A DNA stretch of 64,000 nt from positions 124,001 through 188,000 of the forward strand of contig JAXLNO010000462.1 of NCBI GenBank assembly GCA_038087875.1, written 5' to 3'. The position numbers and the translations under genes are program-made. Below the pieces are notes generated by a model, which ran no database searches, was not told the DNA's origin, and saw only the letters and a list, made by a program, of their open reading frames with translations. Source of the stretch: Malacoraja senta. Lineage: Eukaryota. Shown here piece by piece: positions 1 to 12,000 of the stretch; the stretch's first letter is position 1, and each line of letters begins with the position of its first letter.

Positions 1-3000
1 TTTCATCGCTTTTTGCTTCCAAAAGGTTCATCGCTTTTGGCATTCTGAATTTTCGTCGCTTTTCTCCTGCTGAATTTTCGGCTCTTTTCACATTCTGAAA
101 TTTCGTCACTTTTCGCGTGCTGAATGATCGTCGCTTTAATCGGGCTGAATTTTCGTCACTTTTCGCGTGCTGAATTATCGTCGCTTTTCACGTCCTGGTT
201 CGTCACTTTGCACGTGCTGAATTTTAATCGCTTTTCATATTCTGAATTTTCGGCGCTTTTCACTTGCTGAAATTTCATCGTCTTTCACGTTCTTAAATTT
301 CGTCACTTTATTCGTCCTGATTTTTCGTCGCTTATTGTGTGCTGAAATTTCGGCGCTTTTCATGTGCTGATATTTCGTCGCTTTTCACATGATGAATTGT
401 TGTCGCTTTTCATGTCCGGAAGGTTCGTCGCTTTTCGCGTGCTGAATTTTCGTCGCTTTTCGCATCCTGAAGGTTCGTCACTTTTCTTGTGCCGAAATTT
501 TGTCACTTTTTGTGTCCTGAAATTTTGTCACTTCATGCGTCCTGAACTTTAGTCGCCTTTCGCATCTTGAATTTACGTCGCTTTTGGCATTTTGAATTTT
601 CATCGCCTTTCGCGTCCTGAAGGTTCGTCACTTTTCGTGTGCTGAATTTCCGTCGCTTTTCGCATTGTGAATTTTCGTCACTTTTAGTATGCTGAAATTT
701 CATCGCTTTTCACATCCTAAAATTTCGTCACTTTTTGCGTGCTGAATTTTGGTCGCATTTCATGTGCTGAATTTTCGTGGCTTTTCAAGTTCTGAAATTT
801 CGTCACTTTTTGTGTGCTGAATTTTCGTCGCTTTTCACATCCTGAAGGATAGTCGCTTTTCACGTGCTGAATTATTGTCGCTCTTCGTGTCCTGAAGGTT
901 TGTAACTTTTCGTGTGCTGAAATTTTGTCGCTTTTCATGTCCTGAAATTTGTCGCTTCATGCGTACTGAACTTTTGTTGCATTTCGCATCTTGAATTTAC
1001 GTCGCTTTTGGCATTTTGAATTTTTGTCGCCTTTCGCGTCCTGAAGGTTCGTCGCTTTTTGCATGCTGAATTTTCATCGCTTTTCGCATGCTGAATTTTC
1101 GTCGCTTTTAGTGTGCTGAATTTTCGTCGCTTATCACGTTCTGAAATTTCATCACTTTTCACGTGCTGAATGGTCGTCGCTTTTCGCGTGCTGAATTTTC
1201 GTCATTTTTCGCGTGCTGAATTTTCGTCGCTTTTCGCATGCTGAAGGTTCATCACTTTTCCTGTGCTGAATTTTCATCGCTTTTCGCAGGCTGAATATTC
1301 GTCACTTTTCGCGTGCTGAAATTGCGTTGCTTTTCACGTGCTGAATTTTCGTTGCTTTATGCGTCCTGAGGTTTCGTTGCTTTTCATGTCCTGAATTTTC
1401 GTCGCTTTTCGTATGCTGAAATGTTGTCACTTTTCCGTGCTGAATTTTCGTCACTTTTAACGTCCTGAAAGTTCATCACTTTTCAAGTGCTGAATTTTGG
1501 TCACTTTTCACGTGCTGAATTTTCGTCATTTTTCGCGTGCTAAATTTCCGTCGCTTTTCGCATTCTGAAGTTTCATCACTTTTCCTGTGCTGAATTTTCA
1601 TCTCTTTTCGCAGGCTGACTTTTTGTCACTTTTCGCGTGCTGAAATTTCGTTGCTTTTCTTGTCCTGAAATTTTGTCGCTTCTCGCGTGCTGAATTTTTG
1701 TTGCTTTTCGCATCCTGAAGGTTCTTCACTTTTCACGTGCTCAATTTTCATCGCTTTTCGCAGGCTGAATTTTCTTCGCTTTTCGTGTGCTGAAATTTCG
1801 GCGCTTTTCATGTCCTGAAATTACGTCACTTTATGCTTCCTGAGGATTCGTCGCTTTTCGCATCCTGAATTTAAATCACTTTTCGTGTGCTGAATTTTTG
1901 TCGCATTTTGCGTGCTGAAATTTTGTAGCTTTTCGCATGCTGAATGTTCGTCGCCTTTCACGTGCTTCATTTTTGTCGCCTTTCGCGTGCTTCATTTTCA
2001 TCGCTTTTCACGTCCTGAATGTTGGTCGCCTTTTGCATGCTGAATTTTCGTCGCTTTCGTCATGCTGAATTTTCGTCGCTTTTCACATCCTGAAGGTTCG
2101 ATTCTTTTCACGTGCTGAATTTTCATCGCTTTTCGCATTCTGAAGGTTCTTCTCTTTTCGAGGGCTAAATTTTTGTCGCTTTTTCGCTTGCTGAATTTTC
2201 GACGCTTTTCGTGTGCTGAAATTTCGTCGCTTTTCTCGTTCTGAAATTTCGTCGCCTTATGCGTCCTGAATTTTCATCGCTTTTCGCAAGCTGAATTTTC
2301 GTCGCTTTTCGGGTGCTGAAATGTTGTCGCTTTTCACGTTCTGAATTTTCGTCGCTTTTCACGTCCTGAAGGTTCATCCATTTTCGCGTGCTGAAGTTTC
2401 GTCGCTTTTCGCGTGCTGAATTTTCGTCGCCTTTCACGTGCTGAATTTTCGTCGCTTTTCAGGATCTGAAATTTCGTCACTTTTTGTGCGCTGAATTTTC
2501 GGCGCTTTTCACATCCTGAAGGTTAGTCGCTGTTCACGTGCTGAATTATTGTCGCTCTTCGTGTCCTGAAGGTTCGTCGCTTTTTGTGTGCTGAAATTTT
2601 GTCGCTTTTCGTGTCCTGAAATGTTGTCGCTTCATGCGTACTGAACTCTTGTCACTTTTCGCCTCTTGAACTTACTTTGCTTTGGCATTTTGAATTTTTG
2701 TCGCATTTCGCGAAGGTTCGTCGCTTTTCGCATGCTGAATTTTCGTCGCTTTTCGGGTGCTAAAATTTTGTCGCTTTTCACGTTCTGAATTTTCATCGCT
2801 TTTCACGTCCTCAAGGTTCATCCATTTTCGTGTGCTGAAGTTTCGTCGCCTTTCGCGTGCTGAATTTCCGGCACTTTTAGTATGCTGAAATTTCGGCGCT
2901 TTTCACATCCTGATATTTCGGCACTTTTTGCGTGCTGAATTTTGGTCGCCTTTCACGTGCTGAATTTTCGTCGCTTTTCGCATCCTGAAGGTTCATCACT

Positions 3001-6000
3001 TTTCCTGTGCTGAATTTTCATCGCTTTTCGCAGGCTGAATGTGTGCTGAATTTTCGGCGCTTTTCACATCCTGAAGGTTAGTCGCTGTTCACGTGCTGAA
3101 TTATTGTCGCTCTTCGTGTCCTGAAGGTTCGTCGCTTTTTGTGTGCTGAAATTTTGTCGCTTTTCGTGTCCTGAAATGTTGTCGCTTCATGCGTACTGAA
3201 CTCTTGTCACTTTTCGCCTCTTGAACTTACTTTGCTTTGGCATTTTGAATTTTTGTCGCATTTCGCGTCCTGAAGGTTCGTCGCTTTTCGCATGCTGAAT
3301 TTTCGTCGCTTTTCGGGTGCTGAAATTTTGTCGCTTTTCACGTTCTGAATTTTCATCGCTTTTCACGTCCTCAAGGTTCATCCATTTTCGTGTGCTGAAG
3401 TTTCGTCGCCTTTCGCGTGCTGAATTTCCGGCACTTTTAGTATGCTGAAATTTCGGCGCTTTTCACATCCTGATATTTCGGCACTTTTTGCGTGCTGAAT
3501 TTTGGTCGCCTTTCACATGCTGAATTTTCGTCGCTTTTCGCATCCTGAAGGTTCATCACTTTTCCTGTGCTGAATTTTCATCGCTTTTCGCGTGCTGAAA
3601 TTTCGTTGCTTTTCACGTCCTGAATTTTCGTCGCTTTATGTTTGCTGAAATTTCGGCGCTTTTAGTGTGCTGCAATTTAGTCGCTTTTCACGTCCTGAAA
3701 TTGCGTCGCTTTTCACGTCCTGAATTTTCATCACTTTTCACATCCTGAAGGTTCGTCACTTTTTGTATTTCAGAACTTTAGTCACTTTTCGTGTCCTGAA
3801 ATTTTGTCGCTTCATGCGTTCTGAACTTTTGTCGCTTTTCGTACCCTGTATTTTCGTCGTTTTTCGCGTGCTGAATTTTTGTCACTTTATGCGTCCTGAG
3901 GTTTCGTTGCTTTTCATGTCCTGAATTTTCGTCGCTTTTCGTATGCTGAAGTTTCATCGCATTTCGCGTACTGAATTTTGTAGCTTTTCGCATGCTGAAT
4001 TTTCGTCGCTTTTCGCATGATGAATTTTCATCGCTTTTCACGTTCTGAAATGTCGTCACTTTTCCGTGCTGAATTTTCGTCGCTTTTCACGTCCTGAAAG
4101 TTCGTCGCTTTTCGCGTGCTGAATTTTCGTCACTTTTCACCTGCTGAATTTTCGTCGCTTTTCACGTGCTGAATTTTCGTCGCTTTTTGCGTCCTGAAAA
4201 TTAGTTGCATTTCACGTCCTGAATCTTTGTCACATTTCATTGTCTGAATTTTCGTCGCCTTTAGCGTCCCAAATTTTAATGGCTTTTCGCATCCTGGTTC
4301 ATCGCTTTTCGTGTGCTGAATTTCCGTCGCTTTTCACATGCTGAATTTTTGTCACTTTTCCTGTGCTGAAATTTTGTCGCCTGTAAATTCGACGCTTTAT
4401 GCATCCTGAAATTTTGTCGCTTTTCGTGTCCTGAATTTATGTAGCTTTCCACGTCCTGAATGTGCATCAATTTTCGCACGCTGAATTTTCGGCGTTTTCG
4501 CGTGCTTCATTTTCGTCGCTTGTCGCGTGCTTCATTTTCATCGCTTTTTGCTTCCAAAAGGTTCATCGCTTTTGGCATTCTGAATTTTCGTCGCTTTTCT
4601 CCTGCTGAATTTTCGGCTCTTTTCACATTCTGAAATTTCGTCACTTTTCGCGTGCTGAATGATCGTCGCTTTAATCGGGCTGAATTTTCGTCACTTTTCG
4701 CGTGCTGAATTATCGTCGCTTTTCGCGTCCTGGTTCGTCACTTTGCACGTGCTGAATTTTCATCGCTTTTCATATTCTGAATTTTCGGCGCTTTTCACTT
4801 GCTGAAATTTCATCGTCTTTCACGTTCTTAAATTTCGTCACTTTATTCGTCCTGATTTTTCGTCGCTTATTGTGTGCTGAAATTTCGGCGCTTTTCATGT
4901 GCTGATATTTCGTCGCTTTTCACATGATGAATTGTTGTCGCTTTTCATGTCCGGAAGGTTCGTCGCTTTTCGCGTGCTGAATTTTCGTCGCTTTTCGCAT
5001 CCTGAAGGTTCGTCACTTTTCTTGTGCCGAAATTTTGTCACTTTTCGTGTCCTGAAATTTTGTCACTTCATGCGTCCTGAACTTTAGTCGCCTTTCGCAT
5101 CTTGAATTTACGTCGCTTTTGGCATTTTGAATTTTCATCGCCTTTCGCGTCCTGAAGGTTCGTCACTTTTCGTGTGCTGAATTTCCGTCGCTTTTCGCAT
5201 TGTGAATTTTCGTCACTTTTAGTATGCTGAAATTTCATCGCTTTTCACATCCTGAAATTTCGTCACTTTTTGCGTGCTGAATTTTGGTCGCATTTCATGT
5301 GCTGAATTTTCGTCGCTTTTCAAGTTCTGAAATTTCGTCACTTTTTGTGTGCTGAATTTTCGTCGCTTTTCACATCCTGAAGGATAGTCGCTTTTCACGT
5401 GCTGAATTATTGTCGCTCTTCGTGTCCTGAAGGTTTGTAACTTTTCGTGTGCTGAAATTTTGTCGCTTTTCATGTCCTGAAATTTTGTCGCTTCATGTGT
5501 ACTGAACTTTTGTTGCATTTCGCATCTTGAATTTACGTCGCTTTTGGCATTTTGAAATTTTGTTGCCTTTCGCATCCTGAAGGATCGTCGCTTATCACGT
5601 TCTGAAATTTCGTCACTTTTCACGTGCTGAATGGTCGTCGCTTTTCGCATGCTGAATTTCCGTAATTTTTCGCATGCCGAATTTTCGTCGCTTTTCGCAT
5701 GCTGAAGGTTCATCACTTTTCCTGTGCCGAAATTTTGTCACTTTTCGTGTCCTGAAATTTTGTCGCTTCATGTGTACTGAACTTTTGTTGCATTTCGCAT
5801 CTTGAATTTACGTCGCTTTTGGCATTTTGAAATGTTGTCGCGTTTCGCATCCTGAAGGATCGTCGCTTATCACGTTCTGAAATTTTGTCTCTTTTCACGT
5901 GCTGAATGGTCGTCGCTTTTCGCGTGCTGAATTTTCGTAATTTTTCGCGTGCTGAATTTTCGTCGCTTTTCGCATGCTGAAGGTTCATCACTTTTCCTGT

Positions 6001-9000
6001 GCCGAAATTTTGTCACTTTTCGTGTCCTGAAATTTTGTCACTTCATGCGTCCTGAACTTTTGTCGCCTTTCGCATCTTGAATTTACTTCGCTTTTGGCAT
6101 TTTTAATTTTCGTCGCCTTTCGCGTCCTGAAGGTTCGTCACTTTTTGTGTGCTGAATTTCCGTCGCTTTTCGCTTTGTTAATTTTCGTCACTTTTAGTAT
6201 GCTGAAATTTCATCGCTTTTCACATCCTGAAATTTCGTCACTTTTTGCGTGCTGAATTTTCGTCGCTTTTCAAGTTCTGAAATTTCGTCACTTTTTGTGT
6301 GCTGAATTTTCATCGCTTTTCACATCCTGAAGGATAGTCGCTTTTCACGTGCTGAATTATTGTCGCTCTTCGTGTCCTGAAGGTTCGTAACATTTCGTGT
6401 GCTGAAATTTTGTCGCGTTTTGTGTCCTGAAATTTTGTCGCTTCATGCGTACTGAACTTTTCTTGCTTTTCGCATCTTGAATTTACGTCGCTTTGGGCAT
6501 TTTGAATTTTTGTCGCCTTTCGCGTCCTGAAGGTTCGTCGCTTTTTGCATGCTGAATTTTCATCGCTTTTTGCATGCTGAATTTTCGTCGCTTTTTGTGT
6601 GCTGAATTTTCATCGCTTTTCGCAGGCTGAATGTTCGTCACTTTTCACGTGCTGAAATTTCGTTCCTTTTCACGTGCTGAATTTTCGTCGCTTTATGCGT
6701 CCTGAGGTTTCATTGCTTTTCATGTCCTGAATTTTCGTCGCTTTTCGTATGCTGAAAATGCTGTCACTTTTCCGTGCTGAATTTTCATCGCTTTTCGCAG
6801 GCTGAATTTTTGTCACATTTCGCGTGCTGAAATTTCGTTGCTTTTCTTGTGCTGAATTTTTGTTGCTTTTCGCATCCTGAAGGTTCTTCACTTTTCACGT
6901 GCTCAATTTTCATCGCTTTTCACAGGCTGAATTTTCTTTGCTTTTCATGTGCTGAAATTTCGGTGCTTTTCATGTCCTGAAATTACGTCACTTTATGCTT
7001 CCTGAGGATTCGTCGCTTTTCACATCCTGAATTTACGTCACTTTTCGTGTGCTGAATTTTTGTCGCTTTTTGCGTGCTGAATTTTTGTAGCTTTTCGCAT
7101 GCTGAATTTTCGTCGCCTTTAACGTGCTTCATTTTTGTCGTTTTTCAAGTTCATCCTGATGGATGGTCGCCTTTCGTCGCTTTTCAAGTTCTGAAATTTC
7201 GTCACTTTTTGTGTGCTGAATTTTCGTCGCTTTTCACATCCTGAAGGATAGTCGCTTTTCACGTGCTGAATTATTGTCGCTCTTCGTGTCCTCAAGGTTC
7301 GTAACTTTTCGTGTGCTGCAATTTAGTCGCTTTTCGTGTCCTGAAATTTTGTCGCTTCATGCGTACTGAACTTTTGTTGCTTTTCGCATCTTGAATTTAC
7401 GTCGCTTTTGGCATTTTCTAATTTTTGTCGCCTTTCGCGTGCTGAAGGTTCGTCGCTTTTTGCATGCTGAATTTTCATCGCTTTTCGCATGCAGAATTTT
7501 CGTCGCTTTTTGTGTGCTCAATTTTCGTCGCTTATCACGTTCTGACTTTTCGTGTGCTGAATGGTCGTCGTTTTTCGCGTGCTGAATATTCGACATTTTT
7601 CGCGTGCTGAATTTTCGTCATTTTTCGCATTCTGAAGTTTCATCACTTTTCCAGTGTTGAATTTTCATCGCTTTTCGCAGGCTGAATTTTTGTCACTTTT
7701 CGCGTGCTGAAATTTCGTTGCTTTTCTTGTCCTGAAATGTTGTCGCTTCTCGCGTGCTGAATTTTTTTTGCTTTTCGCATCCTGAAGGTTCTTCACTTTT
7801 CACGTGCTCAATTTTCATCGCTTTTTGCAGGCTGAATTTCTTCGCTTTTCGTGTGCTGAAATTTCGGCGCTTTTCATGTCCTGAAATTACGTCACTTTAT
7901 GCTTCCTGAGGATTCGTCGCTTTTCGCATCCTGAATTTAAATCACTTTTCGTGTGCTGAATTTTTGTAGCTTTTTACATCCTGAATTTTCGTCGCCTTTC
8001 ACGTGCTTCATTTTTGTCGCCTTTCACGTGCTTCATTTTCATCGCTTTTAACGTCCTCAAGGTTGGTCGCCTTTTGCATGCTGAATTTTTGTCGCTTTCG
8101 TCATGCTGAATTTTCGTCGCTTTTCACATCCTGAAGGTTCGATTCTTTTCACGTACTGAATGTTCATTGCTTTTCTCATTCTGAAATTTCGTCGCCATTT
8201 GCGTCCTGAATTTTCATCGCTTTTCGCATGCTGAATTTTCGTCACTTTTCGGGTGCTGAAATTTTGTCGCTTTTCCCGTACTGAAGGTTCATCCATTTTC
8301 GCGTGCTGAAGTTTCGTCGCTTTTCGCGTGCTGAATTTTCGTCGCTTTTAGTATGCTGAAATTTTGTCACTTTTCACATCCTGATATTTCGTCACTTTTT
8401 GCGTGCTGAATTTTCATCGCTTATCGTATGCTGAAATTTTGCACTTTTCGCGTGCTGAATGGTCGTCGCTTATCACGTTCTGTAAGTTCGTCACTTTTCG
8501 CATGCTGAATTTTCGTCGCTTTTCTCATGCTGAATTTTCGGCTCTTTTCACATTCTGAAATTTCATCACTTTTCGCGTGCTGAATGATCGTCGCTTTAAT
8601 CGAGCTGAATTTTCGTCACTTTTCACGTGCTGAAGTTTCATCGCTTTTCATAATCTGAATTTTCGGCGCTTTTCGCTTGCTGAAATTTCGTTGCCTTTCA
8701 TGTCCTGAAATTTCATCGTCTTTCACGTTCTTAAATTTCGTCACTTTATTCGTCCTGATTTGTCGCTTATTGTGTGCTGAAATTTCGGCGCTTTTCATGT
8801 GCTGATATTTCGTCGCTTTTCACGTGCTGAATTGTTGTCGCTTTTCATGTCCGGAAGGTTCGTCACTTTTCTTGTGCCGAAATTTTGTCACTTTTCGTGT
8901 CCTGAAATTTTGTCACTTCATGCGTCCTGAACTTTTGTCGCCTTTCGCATCTTGAATTTAAGTCGCTTTTGGCATTTTGAATTTTCGTCGCCTTTCGCGT

Positions 9001-12000
9001 CCTGAAGGTTCGTCACTTTTCGTGTGCTGAATTTCCGTCGCTTTTTGCATTGTGAATTTTCGTCACTTTTAGTATGCTGAAATTTCATCGGTTTTCACAT
9101 CCTGAAATTTCGTCACTTTTTGCGTGCTGAATTTTGGTCGCATTTCATGTGCTGAATTTTTGTCGCTTTTCAAGTTCTGAAATTTCGTCACTTTTTATGT
9201 GCTGAATTTTCATCGCTTTTCACATCCTGAAGGATAGTCGCTTTTCACGTGCTGAATTATAGTCGCTCTTCGTGTCCTGAAGGTTTGTAACTTTTCGTGT
9301 GCTGAAATTTTGTCGCTTTTCATGTCCTGAAATTTTGTCGCTTCATGCGAACTGAACTTTTGTTGCTTTTCGCATCTTGAATTTACGTCACTTTTGGCAT
9401 TTTGAATTTTTGTCGCCTTTCGCGTCCTGAAGGTTCGTCGCTTTTTGCATGCTGAATTTTCATCGCTTTTCGCATGCTGAATTTTCGTCGCTTTTTGTGT
9501 GCTCAATTTTCGTCGCTTATAACGTTCTGAAATTTCGTCACTTTTCGTGTGCTGAATGGTCGTCTCTTTTCGCGTGCTGAATTTTCGACATTTTTCGCTT
9601 GCTGAATTTTCGTCACTTTTCGCATGCTGAAGGATCATCACTTTTCCTGTGCTGAATTTTCATCGCTTTTCGCAGGCTGAATTTTCGTCACTTTTCGCGT
9701 GCTGAAATTTCATTGCTTTTCACGTGCTGAAAAGCGATGAAAATTCAGCACAGGAAAAGTGATGAACCTTCAGCATGCGAAAAGCGACGAAAATTCAGCA
9801 CTTCTCACGTGCTGAATTGTTGTTGCTTTTCGTGTCCTGAAGGTCCATCACTTTTCGCGGGCTGCATTTTCGTCGCTTTTCGCGTACTCAAGTTTCGTCA
9901 CTTTTCGTGTGCCGAAATGTTTTTGCTTATCGTGTCTTGAAATTTTGTCGCTTCATGCATCCTGAACTTTTGTCGCTTTTCGCATCTTGAATTTACATCG
10001 CTTTTGGCATTTTGAATTTTCGTCGCCTTTCACATCCTGAAGGTTCGTCACTTTTCGCGTTCTGAATTTTCGTCGCTTTTAGTATGCTGAAATTTCGTCG
10101 CTTTTCACATCCTGATATTTCGTCACTTTTTGCATGCATTTTCGTCGCTTTTCGTATGCTGAAATGGTGTCGCGAAAGGAGACAAAAATTCAAAATTCCA
10201 AAAGCGACGTAAATTCAAGATGCGAAAAGCAACAAAAGTTCAGTACGCATGAAGCGACAAAATTTCAGGACGTGAAATGCAACTAATTTTCAGGATGCAA
10301 AAAGCGACGAAAATTCAGCACGTGAAAAGCGACGAAAATTCAGCATGTGAAAAGTGATGAAAATTCAGCACGCGAAAAGCGACGAACTTTCAGGATGTGA
10401 AAAGCGACGAAAATTCAGCACGGAAAAGTGACGACATTTCAGAACGTGAAAAGCGATGAACATTCAGCATGCGAAAAACGACGAAAATTCAGCATGCGAA
10501 AAGCTACAAAATTTCAGTACGCGAAAAGCGATGAAACTTCAGCATACGAAAAGCGACGAAAAGTCAGGACATGAAAAGCAACGAAACCTCGGGACGCATA
10601 ACGTGACGAAAATTCAGCACGCGTAAAACGATGAAAATACAAGGTATGAAAAGCGACAAAAGTTCAGAACGCATGAAGCGACAAAATTTCAGGACACGAA
10701 AAGTGACTAAAGTTCGGAATACAAAATGTGACGAACCAGGATGTGAAAAGCGACGAAAATTCAGGACGGGAAAAGCGACGCAATTTCAGGACGTGAAAAG
10801 CGACAAAATTGCAGCACAGTAAAAGCGCCGAAATTTCAGCAAACATAAAGCGACGAAAATTCAGCATGCGAAAAGTCACGTAAATTCAGCACACAAAAAG
10901 CGACGAAAATTCAGCCTGCGAAAAGTGACAAAAATTCAGCCTGCGAAAAACGATGAAAATTCAGCACAGGAAAAGTGATGAAACTTCAGAATGCGAAAAA
11001 CGACGAAAATTCAGCTCGCGAAAAATGACGAAAATTCAGTACGTGAAAAGTGACGAAAATTCTGCACTCGAAAAGTGACGAACTTTCAGGACGTTAAAAG
11101 TGACGAAAACTCAGCACGGAAAAGTGACACCATTTCAGCATACGAAAAGCGATGAAAATTCAGGACATGAAAAGCAATGAAACCTCAGGATGCGAAAAGC
11201 GAAAATTCAGCATGCAAAAAGTGACGAAATATCAGGATGTGAAAAGCGACGAAATTTCAGAACGCGAAAAGTGACGAACCTTCAGGATGTGAAAGGCGAC
11301 GAAAATTCAAAATGCCAAAAGCGATGTAAATTCAAGATGCGAAAAGCGACAAAAGTTCAGGATGCATGAAGCGACAAAATTTCAAGACACGATAAGCAAC
11401 AACATTTCGGCACACGAAAAGTGACGAAACTTCAGCACACGAAAAGTGACGGACCTTCAGGACACGAAAAGCAACAACAATTCAGCACGTGAGAAGCGAT
11501 GATCCTTCAAGATGCAAAAACTGACGAGAATTCAGCACGTGTAAAGTGATGAAATTTCTGGACGTGAAAAGCGACGAAATTTCAGCACACGAAGCGCCAA
11601 AAATTTCAGCACAGAAAAAGCGACGAAAATTCAGCATGCGAATAGCAATGAAATTACAGGACGCATAAAGCGCCGAAATTTCAGAACATGAAAAGCGACG
11701 AAATTTCAGCACACGAATAGCGCCGAAATTTCAGTACACAAAAAGAGACAAAAAACAGCATACGAAAAGCGATGAAAATTCAGGACATGAAAAGCAACGA
11801 AACTTCAGGACGCATAAAGCGACGAAAATTCAGCACGCGAAAAGTGACGAAATTTCAGCACGCGAAAAGTGACGAAAATTCAGCCTGCGAAAAGCAATGA
11901 AAATTCAGCACAGGAAAAGTGATGAACCTTCAGCATGTGAAAAGCGACGAAAATTCAGCACGTGAAAAATGTCGAAAATTCAGGACGCGAAAAGCGACGA

